NCBI RefSeq assembly: GCF_026210795.1
Contig: NC_089435.1
Coordinates: 4,588,001 to 4,652,000, forward strand
Direction of reading: 5' to 3'
Length of the DNA stretch: 64,000 nucleotides
From: Rhizophagus irregularis
Lineage: Eukaryota
Shown here: positions 28,300 through 40,651 of the stretch, one piece after another
Layout of the letters: every line of letters begins with the position of its first letter
Position numbering within the stretch: the first letter of the stretch is position 1
The notes under the pieces: model-generated
Told to the model about the DNA's origin: nothing
Databases searched by the model: none
The model's input: the letters and a program-made list of their open reading frames with translations, nothing else
Program-made: the position numbers and the translations under genes

Positions 28300-28570
28300 C
28301 ATAATTAAAAGATTGAGTCAACAAGCTCAGAAAGTTTGTCGTAACTCTTTCAGCAGCCTTTATTACTATAGGTCCAATTATTCTTTCTTTTTGTAATAGT
28401 AATTCGAGGTGGGGTTACAACTAACGAAAGTATTTAAAAAGTCGAATAAGCTTCTCTCATGATCAGGGCATCCGTTAAAAAATGAATTCAAAATCAATTT
28501 TCAAATAGCGACTTTTCCGTGATAAATAAGCGAAAAAGCGAAGAATATTTTACATCTACGTCATTATGAG
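28300..28570 (-). pseudogene. Decayed copy of the NTF2-like gene
   Basis: gagtcaacaagctcagaaagtttg...ataggtcc and gtcgaataagcttctctc match 24986-25048 and ~25520-25590, with large deletions. Confidence 0.65.
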
Positions 28571-29710
28571 TAGTACTAATTTCCATCAGCAAAATTAACG
28601 TTAAGTTTCGATCAACCGATTGGGAAAGTTTGTTTAATCTTTTATTCTACATATCGAGATATATTATGCAGCAATATATAATGTGTGTAGATACTTTGGC
28701 AAAAAAAAAAATTTTAAATTACTTTATATGGCAAATATCAGATTTAGCATAAACTTTAGAAAACCTTTTTTTTTTTTTGGCAGTAACACACCTAACCACT
28801 CTTTTTTTATGAAAAACTTAATTAAAAACATATAATTATTGTGGTTGTATATAAAAATCGAAAAATCTATTATATTTGCTTTATATATTTATGTGGTATG
28901 TGGGCGCTTTCAAAATCCTTATATCACGAGTGGTTTAAAATAATAGTTGCTATAATAACCTTATCTTTTTTTTTCCTTTTTTAATTCTCATTTTCTTATG
29001 AAATAAAGAAGGAAATTGTTTATAATTGAAATGAATCCAATCACGAGGATAGAATAAATATTCCGATTCATTAAATAATGAAAATGGTGATACAATAAAT
29101 ATAATAATGAATTAAAACCAAAAATGGTATATGAGCGTATAACATGATAAAAAAATAACTAATTAGAGAAATTAGAGAATACAATTTTTTTTAAGAAAAG
29201 TTATTGGTTTACATCAAAATTCAGTTATTTTTAAAAGTGGTTACTATAATAAGCCACCCCTAAAGAAAATAAACAAAAGGAATGTTAGACAATATAATTT
29301 TTCAGAAGTAAAAAGAATAACATTACATGATATCCACTTATTATATAACGTTACACTATATTGAATTATTTTAATTACTACTTTCAGTACATAAGGATAG
29401 AAAAAAAAGAAATGTTTTTTTTTTACTTGTGCAATATTAAAAAACAAATACAAAAGATGTCAAATTATGGTTAAATTTTTTTAGTCAATATTTTTTCATT
29501 TACTGCATAATAAACATTAATTAGTATGGTTGTACTGAAGAACATGAATGAACAAAATAGAATGAATTAACAACATGGATCGTTAAACATTACGAATTTA
29601 GATAGCATTTTTTATTTTATTTGTTAAAAGGCTTAAATATATAGAAGATTGACTACTCTTACTTTTCAAGAAGATAACACCACCACGACCGAATTCTTTA
29701 CAGAAAAAAA

Positions 29711-30695
29711 ATGTCTTTGATCCCTATAAAAAAGGTTTGTGCTAAATTTGTGCCAAACGGGCTAATCATACAACATTTATTCCAAATTTGTACTAAAAAA
29801 TAATATAAAATTCGAACAAATTCTAAACAAATATCGTATGATTAACCCATTTGGCACAAATTTAGCACAAACTTTTTTTTAGGGTGAGTCAAATAACGAG
29901 AAAATTTGTGTTAATTTGTTTTTTCTTTTTATTGTGGTATATAATTAGTTCTTTTTATTTTGAACAAGAAGAATTATTATCAGATAAAGTAAATATATTT
30001 GATAATTCTTCAAATATTTATTAACTCAATAATTTGTTATTAAATAGAACGAAGAAACACTTATAGAAAGAAGTTCATCTTACTTCACTACAACATTGTC
30101 ATCGAACACAACCATAACTAATATAGTTGATGATGATGATAGCAATAAAAACCAATTAGAAGAACTAAACAAAAAATATTGTGGTAAACCCATATGTAAA
30201 ATTTTTATTTGTTTATATTATTGGAGAACAAGAAACGAGAGCGAATTTACATTTAGTCAATTGGCTGAAAAATTAAATCGTATATTGGTTTTACCAAATG
30301 TTGGTTCTTCTCAAATTGGTACTTGTAATGAATTTCCATTTGATTTTTATTATAATATCACTTTACTCCAAAAAGAATTTCCTAATGTTTTATTTAAATC
30401 AGAAAATGATTTCATTTTTTTGCTTAAAGAACGTGATCAAATTAAAAAGATAATGAATAATAATAACAAAATCATACCACCATTATCAATATTACATTCT
30501 AGTATTAAAATAAATAGAAGTGATGAGAAAACATTTTATGATGACGCAGAACCAAATTTTGATGTATATGAATGTATTTCAAAATTCGAATCATTAATGA
30601 ATCTTAAAGATCCTAATTTCAGAGTAAGATATACAAAAATGATTATTAAAGAAATGGACCTGATAAGGGAGAAATCTCGTCAAGGTATCCGTTAA
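29711..30695 (+). pseudogene. O-fucosyltransferase-like copy 4, pseudogene
   Basis: MITE in exon 1, +1 frameshift at ~30197 (tgtaaaattttt), 9-bp deletion in HFRSF, and loss of the whole C-terminal half after ~30679. Confidence 0.88.
29721..29885. mobile_element. MITE inserted in exon 1 of GT copy 4
   Basis: Long imperfect TIR ccct..aaaaaaggtttgtgctaaatttgtgccaaacgggctaatcatac / gtatgattaacccatttggcacaaatttagcacaaactttttttaggg; paralogs show the empty site ctttgagtcaaa; 2-3 bp duplication (ga/tga). Confidence 0.88.
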
Positions 30696-31934
30696 AAAAT
30701 GAATTCAAAATCAATCACTTTCTAGTAGCGACTCATCCATGATAAATAAGTGAAGAATATTTTACATTTGCGTCTTTACGAGCAGCACAAAATTTTAATC
30801 AGCAAAATTAAGTTTCGATCAACCGATTGGGAAAGTTTGATTTTATTATACTATAAGATATATTATGCAGCAATATATATATAATGTGTATATATACGCG
30901 TAGAATTTAAATTTTACTTTATATGGCAAATATCAGATTTAGCATAAACTTTAGAAAATCTTTTTTTTTTTTTAACAGTAACACACCTATTAACCATTCT
31001 TTTTTTACGTAATATATTACTATACGAAGATAAAAACTTATTAAAATATAATCGTGGTTGTATATAAAAATCGAAAAATCTATTACATTTGCTTTATATA
31101 TTTATTTGGTAGTACATGGCTCTTTCAAATCCTTATATCACGAGTGGTTTAAATAATAGTTGCTATAAATAACCTTATCTTATTTTTTTTTCCTTTTTTA
31201 ATTCTCATTTTCCTATGAATAAAGAAAATATAATAAAGAGATTTTTTATAACTGAAAAAGAATCCAATCACGAGGATAGAAGGAATAAACACTCCGATTC
31301 TGTTTCGTACGATATATGAATTATTAAATAACAGATAATGAAAATGGGGATACAAATATAATAATGAATTAGAGAAATTAGAGAATACAATCTTTTTTAA
31401 AAAAAAATTAAAAAATGGTTACTACGATAAGCCAAATAAACAAAAGGGACAATTAGAGTGACATTACATACATAATAATATCCATTATTATTATTAGTAA
31501 TAAATCTAACGTTACACTATATGCATTAAAGACCTTCCTTAAAACATTATTTTTTTCTCGAATTATTTATTATTGGTTAACTACTACTTTTAGTACATAA
31601 GGATAGAAAAAAAAGAATTGTTTTTTTTACTTGTGTGCAATTTCAAAAAAAACAAATACTATAGTCAATACTTTTTCACTTACTGCAAATTAATAAACAT
31701 TAATTTCAAAAAAAAAACAATACTGTTTCATTTACTACAAATTAATAAGCATTAATTACGGTTGTCATGAAATGAATAAACAAAATAAACCGAAACAACA
31801 TGGATCGTAAAACATTACGAATTTATATAATTCTTTTTATTTTATTTATTAAAAAGGCTTAAATATATGGAAGGGTTTATTACTTTTACCTTTCAAAAAG
31901 ATAACATTACGACTTAATTCTTCCCTGAAAAAAA

Positions 31935-33400
31935 ATGTCTTTGAGTCAAATAACGAGAAAATTTGTGTTAATTTGTTTTTTCGTTTTATTGTGGTATATA
32001 ATTAGTTCTTTTTATTTTGAACAAGAAGAATTATTATCAGATAAAGTAAATAAATTTTATTGAAAATTCTCCCTAATGTATTCGAATGTTTATTAATTAA
32101 ATAATTTGTTATTAAATAGAATGAAGAAACACTTACAGGAGTTCATCTTACATCAAATACAAACAAAACTATCATAACTGATGATGATAATAATAAAAAT
32201 CAATTAGAAGAACTAAACAAAAAATATTGTGGTAAACCCACATGTAAATTTTTGTTTGTTTATCTTATTGGAGAACAAGAAACGAAAGCGAATTTACATT
32301 TTCGATCATTTAGTCAATTGGCTGAAAAATTAAATCGTATAATGGTTTTAACAAATGTTGGTTCTTCTCGAATTGGTACTTGTAACGAATTTCCATTTGA
32401 TTTTTATTACAATATCACTTTACTTCAAAAAGAATTTCCTAATGTTTTATTTAAATCAGAAAATGATTTCATTTTCTGGCTTAAAGAACGTGATCAACTT
32501 AAAAGGATGATGAATAATAACAATAACAAAATCATACCACCATTATCAATATTACATTCTAGTATTAAAAGATCTAGAAATACTGAGAAAACATTTTATG
32601 ATGATGCAGAAACAAATTTTGATGTATATAATTGTATTTCAAAATTCAAACCATTAATGAATCTCGAAGATCCTACTAATTCCAGAGTAAAATATACAAA
32701 AATGATTATCAGAACAACTGATATGAGATCGATAATAGCTCGAGTTAAATTGTCCGAATTGCTTACTAAAGTCCTCACAATCGATGAAGAAATTTTATTA
32801 GTGAATGGAAAAGTAGTTGATCCTTTGTTTCCTCAAACTATGCCAGTTATACCTTATAGTGATTATATATTGAATGAAGCTCAAAAAATAAAAGATAAAT
32901 TATCTTCTTCATATATTGGAATTCATTGGAGATTAGAATCTTCAACACCTAAATTATTACCAGAATGTGTTCAAGGTCTTATTAAAACATTGAATAAAAT
33001 TAAGGAAGAAGAAGGAATTAAAAATATTTACTTAGCAACAGATTATCCCCTTTTATCATCAAGATCACAATCTAGTACATTTAAAAAAATCACTAATTAT
33101 CACCATGATGCTATAAGAACATTAAATGAAACTTTTAAAATAAATACCTGGGTTTCATTAGGAGGTCTGGAACAATTAAGAGAAAATAAAAAATATAATA
33201 AAGAATTAAATGGTTCTGGGATACAAGGAATTTTGGATAAACTAGTTTGTGTAAATTCAAATTATTTTATATCAGGTCCAAAAGGTTGCTCGAGAATTGC
33301 ATCTTCATTTACCAAAACAATTGCAGATGAAAGAAGTAATAGGACAAAAAATAAAGATAGTGATTTATTAAATGTAATCGATAGATGGGAAATTCCTTAA
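31935..33400 (+). CDS. O-fucosyltransferase-like protein, copy 5; exons 31935-32045, 32120-33400
   Basis: MSLSQITRKFVLICFFVLLWYII TM; in-frame intron; full motif set. Confidence 0.85.
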
Positions 33401-33429
33401 TTTAATTATTAATAAATTATATTAAATTA

Positions 33430-33720
33430 ACTTTATAATTAAAAGATTGAGTCAACAAGCTCAAAAAGTTTGCCGCAACTCCTTCAGCAGCCTTCATTAC
33501 TATAGGTCCAATTATTCTTTCTTTTTGTAATAATAATTCGAGGTGTTGGGTTACAACTAACAAAAGGATCTAAAGTCGGATAATCTTCTGCATCCGTTAA
33601 AAAATTGGGAGGAAATAATCAATTTTCTAGTAGTGATTTATTCATGATAAATAAGTGAAAAAGTAAAGAATATTTTAACTGAATATGCATTTATAACCAG
33701 ATGAGTAGCACCAATTTTCG
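33430..33720 (-). pseudogene. Decayed copy of the NTF2-like gene
   Basis: gagtcaacaagctcaaaaagtttgccgcaact...ataggtcc homologous to 24986-25048. Confidence 0.6.
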
Positions 33721-33893
33721 ATCAACCGATTACTGGAATCGAAATCTTTTATTCTAATACGTCAAGATATATTAGTATGCATTATATGCATAGTTGCTTT
33801 AGCAAAAAAAAAAAAATTAAAATCTAATTTTACTTTGTATGGCAAATATCAGATTTAGCATAAACTTTAGAAAAATCTTTAACACACTTTAAA

Positions 33894-34046
33894 TACAGTA
33901 GTTCTTCGATCCGTGTACGGTTCGTCAAATTTAAAATATTTCTGAAATCAATGATCAGATTTAACAATTAATGGCTTGTATAAAATGTTGCGCATAAATT
34001 ATTAATTAATCCGGATGGCGGTTCGCCCGGGTCGAAGCATTACCAA
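33894..34046. mobile_element. Small degenerate TIR insertion
   Basis: Absent at the equivalent position of neighbouring units (aacacac..aaccattc); imperfect inverted ends gtagttcttcgatccg / cgggtcgaagcattac. Confidence 0.45.
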
Positions 34047-34796
34047 TAAACCATTCTTTTTTTTACGTAATATATTGGTATACGAAAATGAAACTAAAAA
34101 TATATAATTTTGGTTATATAAAAATCAAAGATCTTTTACACTTGATTTTATATATTTATGGGTACATGAGCAATAATAATTGTTACAAATAACAGTATCT
34201 TTTTTTTCCTTTTAATTCCCTTTTTCTTATGAAATAAAGAAAATTTAACAGAGAAATGGTTCATAATTGAAAATTCCGACGTACATGAATTATTAAACAA
34301 TGAAAATGGTGATACAATAAATATAAATACAATAATATCAAAAACAAAAATGTGGGCAACAATTTAACAATTAGGTGAACCTTGATAAATCCAACGTTAC
34401 ACCATATGCGTGTTAAGACCCTCATATAACATTTATTTATTTTTTTTTTTTCTTGAATTATTTTAGTTAATAAAGCACATTGGTTAACTCTACTTTTAGT
34501 ACAAAAGGATAAAAAAAGAAATGCTTTTTTTTTTTACTTGGCAATAGTATTAAAAAACAAATATAAAGAATGTCAAAATATTTTTAATTTTCTTAACCAA
34601 TACTTTTTCATTTACTGCATAATTATAGTTGTACTGCAGATATTGCCAAGAAATGAGTAACCGAATTAACAACATACATTACGAATTTAAATAGCATTTT
34701 TATTTTATTTGTTAAAAAGGCTTAAATAGAATGTTGACTTTGTTTATTACTCTTTCAAAAAGAAAACACCACAACTGAATTCTTCCCTGAAAAAAA

Positions 34797-36247
34797 ATGT
34801 CTTTGAGTCAAATAACGAGAAAATTTGTGTTAATTTGTTTTTTCGTTTTATTGTGGTATATAATTAGTTCTTTTTATTTTGAACAAAAAGAATTATTATC
34901 AGATCAAGTAAATAAATTTTATTGAATATTCTCCCTAATGTATTCGAATGTTTATTAATTAAATAATTTTTTATTAAATAGAATGAAGAAACGCTTACAA
35001 AAGTTCATCTTGCACCATCAAATACAACCGTAACTACCATAACTGATGATGTTAATAATAATAATCCATTAAATGAACTAAACAAAAAATATTGTGGTAA
35101 ACCCACATGTAAATTTTTGTTTGTTTATTATATTGGAGAACAAGAAACTAAAGCGAATTTACATTTTCGATCATTTAGTCAATTGGCTGAAAAATTAAAT
35201 CGTATAATGGTTTTAACAAATGTCGGTTCTTCTCGAATTGGTACTTGTACAAATTTTCCATTTGACTTTTATTATAATACCAATTTACTTCAAAAAGAAT
35301 TTCCTAATGTTTTATTTAAATCAGAAAATGATTTCATTTTTTGGCTTAAAGAACGTGATCAAATTAAAAAGATAAATAATAACGATAACAAAGTTATACC
35401 ACCATTATCAATATTACACTCTAGTATTAAATTACATAATAATACATTTTCTGAAGAAACAAATTTTGACAAACATAAATGTATTTCTAAATTCGAACCA
35501 TTAATGAATACCAAAGATCCCAATAATTCCAGAGTAAAATATACGAAATTGTTTATCAGAACAACTGACTTAAGAACGGGAAAATCTCGAGTTAAATCTT
35601 CCGAATTACTTACCAAATTTTTCACAGTCGATGAAGAAATTTTATTAGTGAATGGAAATGTAATTTATCCTTTGTTTCCTCAAACTATGCCAGTTATTCC
35701 TTATAATGATTATATATTAAATGAAGCTCAAAAAATAAAAGATAAGTTATCTTCTTCATATATTGGAATTCATTGGAGATTAGAATCCTCAATACCTGAA
35801 TTATTGCCAGAATGTGTTCAAGGTCTTATTAAAACATTAAATAAAGTTATGGAAGAAGAAGGAATTAAAAATATTTATTTGGCAACAGATTATCCTCTTT
35901 CATCATCAAGATCACAATCTAGTACATTTAAAGAAATCACTAATTATCATCATGATGCTATAAGAACATTAAATGAAACTTTTAAAATAAATACCTGGGT
36001 TTCATTAGGAGGTCTGGAACAATTAAGAAAAAATGATAAATATAATAAAGAATTAAGTGGTTCCGGGATACAAGGAATTTTGGATAAATTAGTGTGTGTG
36101 AATTCAAATTATTTTATATCAGGTCCAAAAGGTTGCTCGAGATCTTCATCATTTACCAGAGCTATTGCGGATAAAAGAAGTAATAGAATAAAAAATAAAG
36201 ATAGTGGTTTATTGAATATAATTGATAGATGGGAAATTCATTTGTAA
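34797..36247 (+). CDS. O-fucosyltransferase-like protein, copy 6; exons 34797-34907, 34982-36247
   Basis: Same TM exon, in-frame intron and motif set. Confidence 0.85.
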
Positions 36248-36304
36248 ATTTTTAGATTAATTATTAACGAAATAGATTTTTACTACTTTATCCATTATTA
36301 CTCA

Positions 36305-36645
36305 TATTAAATTAATTTGGTCCTGTTAAAAGATTGATCCAGCAAGCTCAGAAAAGCTTGCCGCAACTCTTTTAGCAGCTTTTATTATTAATTACTATAG
36401 ACCCAAGATAAACACACCTACTAAATAATCTAATTCAATAAAATTATCTTATCAATAAATGACTTGTTTTCTTCATCGTTTCGTTTATCAACAGTAGCTT
36501 TGTATTTTGTATATATAGAAAAGCTTATATATATATCATATTTATGCATATGAATTTGAAGATTTTTAAATACAAGGAGGATTATGACGAAAAAAAATAT
36601 CAATATTTTTAACTGAACAAACAAACTAAATGAGTAGCACCCTCA
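36305..36645 (-). pseudogene. Decayed copy of the NTF2-like gene
   Basis: caagctcagaaaagcttgccgcaactcttttagcagc and ttcaataaaattatcttatcaataaat...catcgtttcgttta match 24990-25140. Confidence 0.65.
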
Positions 36646-37878
36646 ACTGATTAGAAGGTTTATAATCGAAATCTTTTATTCTACCGTCATGAAACTTTTT
36701 AGGTAAATCGATCCATGTACTAATTCCATATGAATTAGTTCAGAAATATGTGCATTCCCATATATGATCCACATATTTTAATCCTCGAATTTGGATCTAC
36801 GCCGATAGGGGTATTTGGAAAATATTGGAACTATCACATATTTCCACAATATTTGATGCGGATTTCCATGTAAAAAATTTCCTGATGATGTTACCTTAAT
36901 GTATACATATATATGCATAGATGCTTTGACAAAAAAAAAAAAATTTTTAAATTTACTTTTAGCATAAACTTTAGAAAATTGACAGTAACACACCTAAAAA
37001 CCATTCTTTTTTTACGTGCTGTACAGATGAATTAAATTTATTTATAATTCTGGTTATATAAAATCAAAGGATTTAACATTTTATTATAAATTAGTTTGGT
37101 ACATGGATTTCTTTGCTGCAATATCCATGTATCACGAGAGTTTAAAATAATTGTTGCTATAAATAACCGTATCATTTTTCCCCTTTTCAATTCTCTTTCT
37201 CTTATAAATAAAGGAATTTAACAAGGCAATCATAACGGGTCGATCAAAATTTGTAAATTATTGTTTATAAAATAAAATAAGCCAATCACAATGATAGAAG
37301 GAATAAACATTCCGTTTCGTACGGTAGAAATAATGAAAATGGTGATACAATCAACAAACATAATAATGATTCAATGATCAAAACCAAAAATGAATGCATG
37401 ATTGAATGGAAGTCAAAACCAGAATATCATTGAATTAAAGGTTACAAATTAATAAAAAAAATTATTGTTTATAAAACAAAATTTAATTTTCAAATGGATT
37501 GACTATTTGAGACAAAATTTTATTTCAAAAAAAAAAAGTTTATTACGGTAAATAATTAAAATATTTGTCATTATTCTTTTCCTTTATTCGGAAATGAAAT
37601 TAAATTATTTTGGTTAATATTATAGTATATTGACTATTGGTTGAACAAAAAAAGTCAAATTATTATTTATTTTTTAACTATGTATTACTTTTTCATTTAC
37701 TATGTAGAAAGCATTAATTATTTTTATACAGATGTGATTGAGTTTTATATGTTAAGAAAATAAACAAACAATTAACAACATGGATCGTAGTATATTGATT
37801 TATATATCATTTATTTTTCTTTGTCGAAAATGGTTTAAATAGAAAGTTAATTCAGTTTATAACTTGGTATTAGAAAAG

Positions 37879-39392
37879 ATGGCATCACAATTGAATTCTT
37901 TACAGAAAATAATGTCTTTGAGCCAAATAACAAGAAATTCATTTCTGTTAATTTGTTTTTTCTTTTTATTGTGGTATATAAGTAGTTCTTTTTATTTTGA
38001 ACAAAAAGAATTATTATCAAATAAAGTAAATAAATTTTATTGAATATTCTCCCTAATGTATTCGAATGTTTATTAATTAAATAATTTGTTATTAAATAGA
38101 ACGAAGAAACGCTTACAGAAGTTCATCTTACATCACCATTAACGTTATCATCAAATACAACCATAACTGATGATGATAGAAATCCATTAGAAGAGCTAAA
38201 CAAAAAATACTGTGGTAAACCCACATGCAAATTTTTGTTTGTTTATTCTCTTGGAGAACAAGAAACTAAAGCGAATTTACATTTTCGATCATTTAGTCAA
38301 TTGGCTGAAAAATTAAATCGTATAATGATTTTAACAAATGTTGGTTCTTCTCGAATTGGTACTTGTAATAAATTTCCGTTTGATTTTTATTATAATACCA
38401 ATTTACTTCAAAAAGAATTTCCTAATGTTTTATTTAAATCAGAAAATGATTTCATTTTTTGGCTTAAAGAACGTGATCAAATTAAAAGGAAGATAAATAA
38501 TAACGATAACAAAGTTATACCACCATTATCAATATTACACTCTAGCATTAAATTACATCATAAAAATACTAATATGAAAACATTTTATGATAATGCAGTA
38601 ACAAATTTTGATAAACATGAATGTATTTCTAAGTTCGAACCATTAATGAATACTAAAGATTCCAATAATTCCAGAGTAAAATATACAAAATTGTTTATCA
38701 GAACAACTGACTTGAAAACGGAAAAATCTCGAGTTAAATCTTCCGAATTACTTACTAAAGTCCTCACGATTGATGAAGAAATTTTACTAGTGAATGGATA
38801 TGTAATTTTTCCTTTGTTTCCTCAAATTATGCCAGTTATACCTTATAGCGATCATATATTAAATGAAGCTCAAAAAATAAAAGATAAATTATCTTCTTCT
38901 TATATTGGAATTCATTGGAGATTAGAACGTTCAACACCTGAATTATTACCAAAATGTGTTCAAGGTCTTATTAAAACATTAAATAAAGTTATGAAGGAAG
39001 AAGGAATTAAAAATATTTACTTGGCAACAGATTATCCCCTTTTATCATCAAGATCACAATCTAGTACATTTAAAGAAATCACTAATTATCATCATGATGC
39101 TATAAGAACATTAAATGAAACTTTTAAAATAAATACCTGGGTTTCATTAGGAGGTCTGGAACAATTAAGAAAAAATGATAAATATGATAAAGAATTAAAT
39201 GGTTCTGGGATACAAGGAATTTTGGATAAACTAGTTTGTATGAATTCAAATTATTTTGTATCGGGTCCAAAAGGTTGCTCAAGAGTTGTATCTACATTTA
39301 CCAAAACTATTGCGGATGAAAGAAGAAATAGAATAAAAGATAAAGACTATAGTTTATTAAATATAATTGATAGATGGAGAATTTATTTGTAA
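37879..39392 (+). CDS. O-fucosyltransferase-like protein, copy 7; exons 37879-38025, 38100-39392
   Basis: MASQLN...FLLICFFFLLWYIS TM; in-frame intron; full motif set. Confidence 0.85.
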
Positions 39393-39439
39393 ATTATTAA
39401 ATATAATCATAATAAATTATTGTTTTTTTCATAACAAAA

Positions 39440-40260
39440 TTACTTCGTCCGGCTAATTCAAAAGATGCTCAGAAAGCTTGTCGGAATGAACCACCTACTA
39501 ATCTAATTCAAATAAAACCATCCTGACCATATTTTCCTTCATCGTTTCGTTTAAAATAGAACTCTACAGCAATACTAGTCATATGCATTCGAATATTTTT
39601 AATACAAGTAGAATATCACAAATTTCTCTTTTTTTGCCTCAAGACCGGAACGATTATCCATGCATGGAAAAAGCAATAATTCGAAGTGTTGAGCCCCCAT
39701 CTAAAAACATCTATCCACTTTCTTAATAATAGGACTTAAGCATCACTGTGGCTATTTATTTAATATTAAATCTTGTTTTCATGCAGCTTATTACTCTAAG
39801 AATATTATATCTGATATAAATGACGTTGTAATTTTATATTATCATAAAAATCCTTCATGAAAGAATTTAAGGAGTCAAATAACCTTCTCTCTTGGTCGGA
39901 ACGTCCGTTAAATTCAAATATATAAAATGATATTTCAAATAATAACTTTTTCTAGTTTCTAGGATTGCTTTCATTTCACCAACAATCATTCACCGAAAAT
40001 TATCTCACCAACAAATAGTCACAATGTTTCGCCGACGATCATCGGTTTAGAGCTAGGGTTAGGTAAAGAAATTAAGGTTAGAATAGAGCTAAGGATCAGT
40101 GGATCAAGATTCAAAACTGTCGGTGAAATGAACCAGACCTCTTTTTCTATTGGCGATTGTTCAGGATTGGCAAGAAAATATTACTTTTGATTTTCCTGGA
40201 TTATCCAGAAAACGAAAATATCAAATATTTTAACTGAACATATATTTACGTCATTATTAA
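39440..40260 (-). pseudogene. Longest decayed copy of the NTF2-like gene, with an internal insertion
   Basis: catcgtttcgtttaaaata, ggaacgattatccatg, catctaaaaacatct, caggattggcaa, ctggattatcca match 25125-25692 in order. Confidence 0.7.
39962..40139. mobile_element. Small foldback insertion with tagggttag-like internal repeats
   Basis: Inverted ttcatttcaccaaca / tgtcggtgaaatgaa; interrupts homology with the NTF2-like gene; TSD unclear. Confidence 0.55.
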
Positions 40261-40651
40261 CAAAGATATTTTACATTTGCAAAATTAAGTTTCGATCAAC
40301 CGATTGGAAGGTTTCTAATCAAAATCTTTCAGTTTATCCTACGTCATGATACATTATGCAGCATACTGTATATATACACTCTGCACATATGATATATGCT
40401 TTGTCAAAAAAAAAAAATGATATCAGATTTATCATAAACTTTAGAAAAATCTTTTTTTTTTGGCAATAACACCTCTAGAATTATTCCATGATATGCTACT
40501 ATACGAACATGAAAACATTAAAAATTTTATAATTCTGGTTATATGAAAAATCGAAAGTTCTGTTACATAAGTTTATACGGTACGTGGGTTCTTTGCAATA
40601 TCTTTATGTCACGAGAGTTTGGGAAAGCATATTACAATATTAAAAATAATT

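Noticed and set aside
24071..38767. Recurrent antisense ORFs inside GT copies (24071, 32596, 35359, 38585)
   Set aside because: Explained by paralogy of the sense genes; no independent coding signal.
40052..40095. tagggttagg as telomere or telomerase template
   Set aside because: Only one or two degenerate units inside a small insertion.
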